DNA from: a virus
Taxonomy: Duplodnaviria; Caudoviricetes
Virus record (IMG/VR): IMGVR_UViG_3300032285_003158
Location: 1,755 to 65,754 of that record
Length of the DNA stretch: 64,000 nucleotides
Direction: 5' to 3' (one strand)
Numbering within the stretch: the first letter of the stretch is position 1; every line of letters begins with the position of its first letter. The notes below the pieces were generated by a model. It was given only the letters and a program-made list of their open reading frames with translations, was not told the DNA's origin and made no database searches. The translations under genes were made by a program, and so were the position numbers. Shown piece after piece: positions 8,161 to 15,997 of this stretch.

Positions 8161-8524
8161 AGTATGAAACTCCATTAAATTCAGCGTCGGTGTAATCTAC
8201 CTTCAGATTATCCGCAGTTTCTTCCCAGTCGATTGCAACATAATCAGGCAAATCACGGGGAATAGTACCGCAACCCTCAAGCATATCCTTGACATACTCG
8301 GTGAAATACTCTTCGGCAATAAAATCAGCACCATATTGCCACTCGGTGACAAAATCATATTTTGATTCAAATGCTTTCAATGCACACAATTCTGTAATTT
8401 CATCTTCGGTGATATTGCAATCAGATGAAAGACATTCTAATTCCTCAATGCGGAAGATAATATCCAACGAAGAAACCACGTTATCATCAAACAAATCACA
8501 GACTACGTTAGCGACTACTGACAT
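8144..8524 (-). CDS. ArdA-like acidic antirestriction protein
   Basis: very acidic; IPRDLPDYVAIDWEETADNLKVDY resembles the ArdA C-terminal motif. Confidence 0.55.
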   Translation of the reverse strand: MSVVANVVCDLFDDNVVSSLDIIFRIEELECLSSDCNITEDEITELCALKAFESKYDFVTEWQYGADFIAEEYFTEYVKDMLEGCGTIPRDLPDYVAIDWEETADNLKVDYTDAEFNGVSYYVLSV

Positions 8525-8538
8525 AATATATCTCCTAT

Positions 8539-8727
8539 TCAATATACAGAAAATGTGGTTGCGTTAACCTTGAGACAGGTCGACCTTTTCAAATCTCGCG
8601 GACGATTATCCGTCGGGATATTGAAACGTGGACCGCGATACCGAATCCGAAACTTAAAACCATTGGCGCGAAGCATACTCTTAACATTATCCAACTCGGA
8701 GATTGGCATATTAGACATGATTGACAT
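8539..8727 (-). CDS. small basic hypothetical protein
   Basis: FRIRYRGPR motif, 62 aa. Confidence 0.6.
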   Translation of the reverse strand: MSIMSNMPISELDNVKSMLRANGFKFRIRYRGPRFNIPTDNRPRDLKRSTCLKVNATTFSVY

Positions 8728-8741
8728 AATCTTATCTCCAA

Positions 8742-8915
8742 TCAGAATGGAATATCTTCAAACTCGGGAGCGAAAAACCGACCAATCTCACGCACGATAA
8801 CCGGTTCAGTATCATACAGATATGGCGACTCATTATAATAAGCGATTTCTTCCATAATGGTTTGAATCTCCTCGGCGGAGTAACCTTTGGAAACCAGATA
8901 ATCGGTGGTGGTCAT
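8742..8915 (-). CDS. small acidic protein with SSB-Ct-like tail (paralog of 6494-6691)
   Basis: MTTTDYLVSKGYSAEEIQTIMEEI...EFEDIPF. Confidence 0.7.
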   Translation of the reverse strand: MTTTDYLVSKGYSAEEIQTIMEEIAYYNESPYLYDTEPVIVREIGRFFAPEFEDIPF

Positions 8916-8957
8916 TTCGTTTTGCTTTCTGTGAAACTTCGTTGATTTGATGGATGG

Positions 8958-8985
8958 ACTATAGCACACCCGCAGGAAATGGCAA
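8958..8985 (-). promoter_or_regulatory. early promoter repeat P9
   Basis: TTGCCA-N16-TATAGT-ccatccATC. Confidence 0.8.
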
Positions 8986-8986
8986 C

Positions 8987-9253
8987 CTATTCCTCGATTT
9001 CTCGACAAAACCGGTCAGACATTGCCGCTTCGAACCTGTCGAATTCCTCAGCGGGATCGGCGTCAAAAGCGGTCTCCACTGGACCGAACACCTCCTCTTC
9101 GGTCGCCTCACCAGAGTCCACGGCGTCAACCTGGATATGATCCAAGAGTTCCAAGAGCCCCCATGCTACCTCACGGTCACCTTCCACGGCAACATCGGCG
9201 GCAGAGTACAGCCACAATTTTTGCTCACGCAGGAGTTTCCAGTCGATTTTCAT
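8987..9253 (-). CDS. acidic hypothetical early protein
   Basis: MKIDWKLLREQKLWL...GLLELLDHIQ; taagga RBS after P10. Confidence 0.7.
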   Translation of the reverse strand: MKIDWKLLREQKLWLYSAADVAVEGDREVAWGLLELLDHIQVDAVDSGEATEEEVFGPVETAFDADPAEEFDRFEAAMSDRFCREIEE

Positions 9254-9279
9254 TTTTAATCCTTAGTTAAGATGGACGG

Positions 9280-9380
9280 ACTGTACAGGAACCGGATGGA
9301 ATGGCAAGCGGTTTCGATTTGTTGACCGGACCGGTGGAGATTGGCAGGATGGTTGCCATTCCGGCGGATCGGTGTATAAT
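9280..9380. promoter_or_regulatory. divergent promoter pair P10(-)/P11(+) with TTGACC element
   Basis: P10 TTGCCA-N16-TACAGT (9307-9280); TTGACC at 9322; P11 TTGCCA(9353)-N16-TATAAT(9375). Confidence 0.75.
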
Positions 9381-9475
9381 AGCTCCTATCGAACGGCAGG
9401 GGGTGGACGCTGGTCGTGGGCGTAGCACTTCGTTGGAATAATGTCACACCAAACCGGTCAACTATCCGAAAACCG

Positions 9476-9503
9476 TTGCCAAATCCTAGGATTCCTGTAT
9501 GAT
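9476..9503 (+). promoter_or_regulatory. early promoter repeat P12 (leaderless type)
   Basis: TTGCCA-N16-TATGAT-ccattccATG. Confidence 0.8.
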
Positions 9504-9510
9504 CCATTCC

Positions 9511-9711
9511 ATGATGAAAAACCAAGCAAAACCAACCAACCTCATCGGTTTCCATAGGTCCAACCTCATGGAGGCATGCCGGTACACTTCGCTCCACCCA
9601 ACCATCATCGGCGACCTGTGGTGTAATGCCATGGTCTCCGACGCGGACCTGGAGACCTTCCGCTTGAACGGCTGGCCCTTCCGATTGTTGACCAATTCGG
9701 AAATGGTTTGA
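9511..9711 (+). CDS. hypothetical early protein, leaderless
   Basis: MMKNQAKPTNLIGFHRSN...; ATG 7 nt after the -10. Confidence 0.6.
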   Translation: MMKNQAKPTNLIGFHRSNLMEACRYTSLHPTIIGDLWCNAMVSDADLETFRLNGWPFRLLTNSEMV

Positions 9712-9808
9712 CCTGATATAATGCAAGGAATGGATAAATATAGTATCCGTCGCGGTATTACCAGTACCCACGGACTCTAGACATTCTTACAATAATCAGG
9801 AGACTATT

Positions 9809-10327
9809 ATGTCCAGCACCAATATGTATATGCCTCAGGAAGAATGGGATACAATGTCCCAATCATTATGTTCTATATTCGATATAGAATATCAACCTAG
9901 CATATCAGAACCAATTCAATGTGATAATCAAGGCTCTAATTATAATCGAAAAGGCTATAAACACACCGAAGATTCCAAACGCTTAATGTCCGAAAATAGT
10001 ATCGGACAAATAAGTTGGAATACAGGCAAAACATTACCACCATTATCTGATGCACATAAACAGGCATTATCTAATGCATTAAAGGGAAAACCTGCTTGGA
10101 ATAGGGGTATACCCAATACAATCGAACAGAAAAAGAAAATCTCTGAATCATTATCATTGAATAACCCTATGCATAAACCAGATAATTGCAAAAAAGTATC
10201 TGATGCATTAAAGGGTCGAGTATTTTCGGCAGAATGGAAGGAAAATTTATCCATTGCCGCAAAGGCCCGGTGCGAAAGAAAAAAAATGTTGCAGGCAAAC
10301 AACGCAAAGTTGACCGGTTTGGTGTGA
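9809..10327 (+). CDS. NUMOD3-repeat homing-endonuclease-related protein (no obvious catalytic domain)
   Basis: KGYKHTEDSKRLMS, WNTGK, AWNRGIP..EQKKKISES repeats; ATAAATA late-type promoter at 9734. Confidence 0.65.
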   Translation: MSSTNMYMPQEEWDTMSQSLCSIFDIEYQPSISEPIQCDNQGSNYNRKGYKHTEDSKRLMSENSIGQISWNTGKTLPPLSDAHKQALSNALKGKPAWNRGIPNTIEQKKKISESLSLNNPMHKPDNCKKVSDALKGRVFSAEWKENLSIAAKARCERKKMLQANNAKLTGLV

Positions 10328-10341
10328 CATTGTGTGGAAGC

Positions 10342-10369
10342 TTGCCATTCTGTAGGAATCCTGTAGAAT
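10342..10369 (+). promoter_or_regulatory. early promoter repeat P13
   Basis: TTGCCA-N16-TAGAAT-agactccATCgaattga; TTGACC 32 nt upstream. Confidence 0.8.
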
Positions 10370-10402
10370 AGACTCCATCGAATTGAGAAACGAAAGAAAA
10401 TT

Positions 10403-11155
10403 ATGAATCTTTTGAGCACCGGCAATCCTAAAATCCTCAAGGGTATCTCCGAGGGTTATATGACATATATTCTTCATTTGGCTCCGGCATCATTATCCGG
10501 ATACAATACTTGTGCAAAGGCCACGCCTGGATGCAAAGCGGCTTGCCTTAATCTGGCTGGAAGAGGGGGTATGTTCAAGAAAGGTGAGAATACCAACGTC
10601 ATTCAAAAGGCCCGTATTCGCAAAACCATTATGTTTTTCGAACAGCGTGATATTTTTATGCGCCTTTTGGTCAAAGATATTGAATTGGCCATTAAGCAAT
10701 CTGATAAAAAGTATCTCACGCCAGTTATTCGCCTCGATGGTACTTCGGATATTCCATTCGAAAAGTATCCAGCCATCCGTGACGGCATCGAATATGCTAA
10801 TATCTTCTTTGCTTTTCCAGAGATTCAATTCTACGATTATACCAAGATTCTTGGTCGCAAGGTAAATCATATTCCAAATTATCATTTGACCTTTTCTGCG
10901 GCCGATGGTAATGATTCGGATGTGATAAAGGCAATCGAGCAGGGTTATAATATCGCCGTGGTATTTGGCATCAAGAAAGGTACTGCTTTTCCCGATACTT
11001 ATCTCGGTCGCCCAGTATTCAATGGCGATGATTCTGACCTGCGATTCCTTGATCCAAAAGGTGTCGTGGTTGGTTTGTATGCTAAAGGTAAAGCCAAGAA
11101 AGATACTAGCGGTTTCGTTAAGTATCCTACCATTCAGTTGAAACTCGCTGCTTAA
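10403..11155 (+). CDS. GP88-family protein (Cys-cluster, radical-SAM-like)
   Basis: LHLAPA..SGYNTCAKATPGCKAACLNLAGRG, IRLDGTSDI, QFYDYTK, GDDSDLRFLD. Confidence 0.75.
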   Translation: MNLLSTGNPKILKGISEGYMTYILHLAPASLSGYNTCAKATPGCKAACLNLAGRGGMFKKGENTNVIQKARIRKTIMFFEQRDIFMRLLVKDIELAIKQSDKKYLTPVIRLDGTSDIPFEKYPAIRDGIEYANIFFAFPEIQFYDYTKILGRKVNHIPNYHLTFSAADGNDSDVIKAIEQGYNIAVVFGIKKGTAFPDTYLGRPVFNGDDSDLRFLDPKGVVVGLYAKGKAKKDTSGFVKYPTIQLKLAA

Positions 11156-11179
11156 TTATTAACTTAGAGGTAAATTATT

Positions 11180-11341
11180 ATGAATAATTTTGTAATTCGT
11201 TGTTTCGGTGACCATACTCTGCTTTGGTCTAATGATGAAGGCTGGACAGAATCTGATAATTTCGAGGTATATTCTCTCGAAGAATCAGAAGAATGTGAAT
11301 TGCCACTAGGTGGTGAATGGGTCCGACTGGAAACTCTTTGA
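11180..11341 (+). CDS. small acidic hypothetical protein
   Basis: MNNFVIRCFGDHTLLWSNDEGW...; gaggt RBS. Confidence 0.55.
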   Translation: MNNFVIRCFGDHTLLWSNDEGWTESDNFEVYSLEESEECELPLGGEWVRLETL

Positions 11342-11497
11342 TGAGGTAAATTATTATGTTAAAACATTGCAAAGGGTGTATCCATCATAATGTCGGTGTT
11401 AAAAATACCAAGTATGAAGATTGGTGTTGCAAGCATAGTAATACTGCACAAAAATCTAAATCTATTTGTATCATTCAATCCAGTAAAAAGGTAAAAA

Positions 11498-11977
11498 ATG
11501 TTTAATACTGATGAAAATCCAACTGAACCAGGTGTTTATCTCGTTGATCGAGGTGATAAGTTTAAGGGTCATTGGTATCGTTATTATGACGGCAAAGGTA
11601 ATTGGGGTCTGATGTTCGAAACTTATCAAGGTGCATTTGGTTATCGTGACCAAATCTCGCCATTGAAAACTCTTCCATGGCGTGCTATCCGGCAACGTAC
11701 TGCCGAAGATATGGTTACTCCTGAGATTCAAGAGAAACCAGCAAAGGTAAGTAAGGTAAAAAAAGATAAGTTAGTGGTCGCAAAGGTTACTGAAAAGGTC
11801 GCAAAGGTACCTAAGGTAACTAAACCAAAAGGTAATGATGGTACTGTTTTCTTCCGTGCTGACCGTTCTAAATGGGTTGCCGTTATGAACGGAAAACAAG
11901 AGGCTGCGCGAGATACTAAAGAAGGTGCATTGGCATTCTTGTTCAAGAAATATAAAATCGAAGGTATTGTAGTTTAA
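11498..11977 (+). CDS. hypothetical protein with Lys-rich linker and AP2-like C-terminus
   Basis: KVAKV-type repeats; GTVFFRADRSKWVAVMNGKQ. Confidence 0.6.
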   Translation: MFNTDENPTEPGVYLVDRGDKFKGHWYRYYDGKGNWGLMFETYQGAFGYRDQISPLKTLPWRAIRQRTAEDMVTPEIQEKPAKVSKVKKDKLVVAKVTEKVAKVPKVTKPKGNDGTVFFRADRSKWVAVMNGKQEAARDTKEGALAFLFKKYKIEGIVV

Positions 11978-12001
11978 TTAACAGTTAAGAGGTAAAATAT
12001 T

Positions 12002-12415
12002 ATGGCTACTCGTTCAATGATTGGTGTTCAGCGTGAAAATGGTACCATCGAGGCTATTTACTGCCATTGGGATGGTTATATGGCGCACCATGGTCCTATC
12101 CTGTTGGAGGCCTACAATGGTCCACGCAAAATCGAAGCCTTGATCCGTCAAGGTGACCTATCATCCCTCGGCCGCCGATTGGTGAAAGATACCTTTATTC
12201 TCGATGATGATGATTTTTGTTCCGTTGCGGCTGGCGGAAACCATGCGGCGGTTTATGATGACATCCATGACCTCCGCGAACGCCAGGATTGGTGCGAGTA
12301 TTTTTACATTTACGGCTTTGGTCGGTGGTGGGTGACCACCTGTGATGAAACCGACCATCTGAGGACGCTGGAAGGATGGTTTAAGCCGGAGGAATTGTTG
12401 ACCAATCCGGTCTGA
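12002..12415 (+). CDS. conserved phage protein (MxTRSxIG...YCHWDGY family)
   Basis: MATRSMIG...IEAIYCHWDGY...CEYFYIY. Confidence 0.75.
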   Translation: MATRSMIGVQRENGTIEAIYCHWDGYMAHHGPILLEAYNGPRKIEALIRQGDLSSLGRRLVKDTFILDDDDFCSVAAGGNHAAVYDDIHDLRERQDWCEYFYIYGFGRWWVTTCDETDHLRTLEGWFKPEELLTNPV

Positions 12416-12457
12416 CATTCCTGTGATGGTTGCCATTCCTACCGAAACCTGTACAAT
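12398..12457 (+). promoter_or_regulatory. early promoter repeat P14 with upstream element
   Basis: TTGACCaatccGGTCTG(12398); TTGCCA(12430)-N16-TACAAT. Confidence 0.8.
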
Positions 12458-12490
12458 TCTCTTTATCGAATCAACAAACGAAAGCAAAAA

Positions 12491-12745
12491 ATGCGTCGTC
12501 GTCAAGTAATTAAGGGTTTCAAGAATAGCCAACGTATCCGTGTCATTCTGGATGGTATTGGTTTTAATAGTACCGTGCAGGATGCACTGGAAGGTCCATT
12601 CACCATTCAGAATACTGTCATTCAGATTGCATTGGAGAAAATGATTAACGGCTCTCCAAAATCCACTGGTTTTGCTACTCGGGTTACCACCTATGATAGC
12701 AAAATGCGTGCCAAAGATTTTGATATTCAAATTGATCTCATCTAA
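12491..12745 (+). CDS. hypothetical protein
   Basis: first ORF after P14. Confidence 0.65.
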   Translation: MRRRQVIKGFKNSQRIRVILDGIGFNSTVQDALEGPFTIQNTVIQIALEKMINGSPKSTGFATRVTTYDSKMRAKDFDIQIDLI

Positions 12746-12753
12746 GGAATAAT

Positions 12754-12960
12754 ATGACCAGGACTGGTTTCGAATCTCTCGATAATGAGATTGAATGTAT
12801 TGAAAGTGTGTATAAGTTCACCTCGATTCTAGATTCTCTTGAATACATCAAGCGGAATTTCGATGAGGGTTATCGTGGTACTAAATGCGGTCGAGAATTT
12901 CATGAGTTCTGCCGTATTGGTCGCCAAATGTTTGAATCTATTGAAAAAGAAAAGGTGTAA
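12754..12960 (+). CDS. hypothetical protein
   Basis: taaggaa RBS, tightly packed in the operon. Confidence 0.6.
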   Translation: MTRTGFESLDNEIECIESVYKFTSILDSLEYIKRNFDEGYRGTKCGREFHEFCRIGRQMFESIEKEKV

Positions 12961-12962
12961 TT

Positions 12963-13205
12963 ATGTCTGTTATGTCAAATCTGGCTATTGACCTCGAAAA
13001 TATGATCGAGTCGGGTTATAATGATAATGAGATTGCATCGGCTCTCGGTGTATCGATTATGATTGTCTCACAGTTCCGTGAAGAATTCGTCCAATACGAG
13101 GATCGTGATTATGACGATTCTATGGATGGTGATTTTGATTCTGCCATGGCATCAGCCGGATATGGTACTGATGAAGATTATGGTTATTCAGGAGAAGATT
13201 TTTGA
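12963..13205 (+). CDS. very acidic small protein
   Basis: HTH-like N-half and DDSMDGDFDSAMASAGYGTDEDYG tail. Confidence 0.65.
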   Translation: MSVMSNLAIDLENMIESGYNDNEIASALGVSIMIVSQFREEFVQYEDRDYDDSMDGDFDSAMASAGYGTDEDYGYSGEDF

Positions 13206-13310
13206 TGAGTAATTCTAAGTTTGTAATCAAATTGAAAATGCCCAAGCCGTATACTCGCAAGAGTATTAAGCCAAGGCAGGCTCATAAACTGGCCAATCGT
13301 CCACAGAGGC

Positions 13311-13523
13311 ATGAAAAACACAAAAAGGATTATTGTGATGAGTGAAAATTTTATTGAACGATTGATGTATTATATCTCCGGTATCATTGTATTGATATCC
13401 GGATTTATGATATTCCATACATGGAATGAACCAACCAATGAATATATTGCATGGTTTGTGGCACTATTTGGTTGGTTACCCGATTTCATTTACGGTTCAA
13501 TGGACAAAACGGATACAGAATGA
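13311..13523 (+). CDS. small two-TM membrane protein
   Basis: two hydrophobic segments; start uncertain. Confidence 0.5.
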   Translation: MKNTKRIIVMSENFIERLMYYISGIIVLISGFMIFHTWNEPTNEYIAWFVALFGWLPDFIYGSMDKTDTE

Positions 13524-13828
13524 AGATTGCAAAAGAAACTACCGTATGGAAAAGCGGTAAGGTCAAGAACCATACCTATTTTCTCAATGATTCTATGACC
13601 AAAATGCTTGGTTATATTCCCGTTGGTCAAACTGAAAAGGTTATGTTCAAAAAGGAACAAAACTTTGATAAGAAGTATCGACAGTTTGAGATTCTCAAAG
13701 TCGAAACTCTGAAAAAGACCAAGGTGGTTATTGGTTCTAAGGGTAACAAATACTATATCTCTGAATCTGGTTGTTCTTGTCCTGGTTTCACTTATCGGGG
13801 CAAATGTAAACATATGGAAACCAATTGA
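13520..13828 (+). CDS. SWIM zinc-finger protein
   Basis: GSKGNKYYI...CSCPGFTYRGKCKH. Confidence 0.7.
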   Translation: MKIAKETTVWKSGKVKNHTYFLNDSMTKMLGYIPVGQTEKVMFKKEQNFDKKYRQFEILKVETLKKTKVVIGSKGNKYYISESGCSCPGFTYRGKCKHMETN

Positions 13829-13893
13829 TTATTGTTATTACAACCGACACCGCGGACTGTACGCTTTTGGCAACCAGTTTGGCAACATAATAT

Positions 13894-14211
13894 ATGCAAG
13901 TTTACCACAAAATGAATAAGATTCACGTTTGGACTGAAACTCGAAGGAATTATGGTACGCCAGAATCTCCTGAATGGGGTCATTCTGGTCTCGAAAATTT
14001 CTTCATCATCAATTTCAAGGGCGGAGAAACCGAAGCAACCGCCACCGTGGCGTCCAAGCGTGGAAAGATCGAGTCTGATACACCGATGCTCACCCGCAAG
14101 ATCCTAGGCTGGAGGATCGTTCCAGAGAACTACAGGACCCAATTTGAGCGGGATCAGGTCTACTATGAGGGCAAGGTCTTCCACCCCGTGGAGTTGATCG
14201 ACAATAGTTGA
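13894..14211 (+). CDS. hypothetical protein
   Basis: 105-aa ORF; start uncertain. Confidence 0.55.
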   Translation: MQVYHKMNKIHVWTETRRNYGTPESPEWGHSGLENFFIINFKGGETEATATVASKRGKIESDTPMLTRKILGWRIVPENYRTQFERDQVYYEGKVFHPVELIDNS

Positions 14212-14267
14212 CCAATCCGGTCAAGATTGCCAGTGATGGTTGCCATCTCCACTGGTTCCTGTACACT
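14208..14267 (+). promoter_or_regulatory. early promoter repeat P15 with perfect upstream palindrome
   Basis: TTGACC-AATCC-GGTCAA (14208-14224); TTGCCA(14240)-N16-TACACT. Confidence 0.8.
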
Positions 14268-14304
14268 CTCTTTTGTCGATTCAACAAACAAACGAAAGAT
14301 TTTT

Positions 14305-15150
14305 ATGTCACAAATTTTCATGGTTGGTTCCAAGTTTGCAGCGGTCATCAACGGCAAGACCGTCACACGGTCTAAGCGTGAACACCTGGAATATGCCATC
14401 CGTAAGTCCACGGAAACCGTCGGTGCCGCACCAGTTGCCGTCAAACCAAAATGCATTTTTTCTCCAACCAAACGTTTCGAATTCATCAATAAATTTATTA
14501 AACTACTTGGTCGTGGAGCCATCAATTCGTTCATTGTTACTGGTTCGGGTGGTATTGGAAAAACTACGGCCGTTATTAACGCATTGAATGAAATGAATTT
14601 GGTAGAAGATACTCCCAACAATCCTGGTGGTGATTTTATGGTTATTCGAGGTTTCTCTACGCCTCGGGCTTTGTATGAAACTCTGTGGAATTTCAAGGAT
14701 AAAATCCTTGTATTGGATGATGCGGACCAAGCGTGGAAAGATCCTTTGTCGTCCAACCTACTCAAGGCGTGTTTGGATGATAAAAAGGTCCGTATTGTAA
14801 ACTGGTCATCTTCACGTGAAGATTCGGAAATTCCAACTCGATTCATTTATACTGGAAAAATCATTTTTGTATCAAATTTGTCAATTGATAATTTTCCTCA
14901 AGCCATTGTGTCACGGTCGCAAAAAGTTGATTTGACTTTGGATACAGATGAGAAAGTCGAATTGATTACTGAGGTAATTAAAGATACTGGTTATTCGAAG
15001 CAGTATCAAGATGATGTTACTAATTTTGTTATTGCATACGCTAATGATGCAAAAGACCTGAATATTCGTTCGGCATTATCATTGTTTACGTTGCGTGAAA
15101 ATTTTGGTGATGATTGGCAAGACATTGCTCGTTATTCATTCTGTGTGTAA
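14305..15150 (+). CDS. AAA+ P-loop ATPase
   Basis: Walker A GSGGIGKT, Walker B ILVLDDAD, IIFVSN, AIVSR. Confidence 0.8.
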   Translation: MSQIFMVGSKFAAVINGKTVTRSKREHLEYAIRKSTETVGAAPVAVKPKCIFSPTKRFEFINKFIKLLGRGAINSFIVTGSGGIGKTTAVINALNEMNLVEDTPNNPGGDFMVIRGFSTPRALYETLWNFKDKILVLDDADQAWKDPLSSNLLKACLDDKKVRIVNWSSSREDSEIPTRFIYTGKIIFVSNLSIDNFPQAIVSRSQKVDLTLDTDEKVELITEVIKDTGYSKQYQDDVTNFVIAYANDAKDLNIRSALSLFTLRENFGDDWQDIARYSFCV

Positions 15151-15199
15151 TCTCATACAGAGTTCGATTATCACATAAATATATGTGAAAGGACACTAT

Positions 15200-15751
15200 A
15201 TGATAAAACATAAACATCACATTATACCAAGGCATGCCGGAGGAACAGATGATCCATCTAATATCATTGAACTGAATTTGCATGAACACGCTGAGGCTCA
15301 TAAAAAACTTTATGAGGAATATGGAAGACCAGAAGATAAATTGGCTTGGCAATGTCTATCAGGTATGTTATCTAAAGAAGAAATTATACAACAAATTTGT
15401 AAGTTGGCCGGTGAAAAAGGTGGCGCAAAAGGTGGCCGCGCCGGTAGGGGCAAAAAACAAACAAATGAACACATTGAGAGTCGTAAGGTTTTCGGTGAAA
15501 AAAATGGAATGTACGGACGAAAATGGTCGGAAGAAGAAAATAAAAAACGAAAAGACTTTATGAAGAATAAAGTGAGAGAATCTTCAGGTGAATGGCTAGG
15601 CACAACAAATTTACTTAATTCTGTAAAAAGAAGGAAAGAGCTGGGTGTGTTGCCGAGCCAATTGGAGTGGACCTGCAATTGTGGGAAAACTGGTAAAGGT
15701 TTATCAAATTATACCAGATGGCATGGAAACAATTGTAAATTAAAGAGGTAA
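15200..15751 (+). CDS. HNH homing endonuclease
   Basis: HKHHIIPRHAGGTDDPSNIIELNLHEHAEAH; CNCGK...RWHGNNCK; CATAAATA late-type promoter just upstream. Confidence 0.8.
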   Translation: MIKHKHHIIPRHAGGTDDPSNIIELNLHEHAEAHKKLYEEYGRPEDKLAWQCLSGMLSKEEIIQQICKLAGEKGGAKGGRAGRGKKQTNEHIESRKVFGEKNGMYGRKWSEEENKKRKDFMKNKVRESSGEWLGTTNLLNSVKRRKELGVLPSQLEWTCNCGKTGKGLSNYTRWHGNNCKLKR

Positions 15752-15940
15752 AATAATGGATAATGATGAGTACGGTAAACGTATGATGAGAGTTTTTTGT
15801 TCGGAATGTAATGAGTTCCATGATGCAGAAGAGGTAAAATTTCTGAACATTGAAGAGGACTTTATGGGTCGGGATTTGATGACATTCGAATGTCACCTTA
15901 CCAATACCGAACAAAAGTCTCATGTTTTTGGTTAAAACAC

Positions 15941-15969
15941 TTGCCATTGTACCAGAACTATGGTATGAT
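15941..15969 (+). promoter_or_regulatory. early-type promoter P16
   Basis: TTGCCA-N17-TATGAT. Confidence 0.7.
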
Positions 15970-15997
15970 ACACATATCGAAACTTGAGAGGTAAAAA

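Noticed and set aside
4464-14267. Repeated promoter elements as a CRISPR array or integron attC cassette array
   Set aside because: Copies are degenerate, irregularly spaced, on both strands and match -35/-10 promoters; GTTGACC does not fit GTTRRRY; no cas or integrase gene is in the window.
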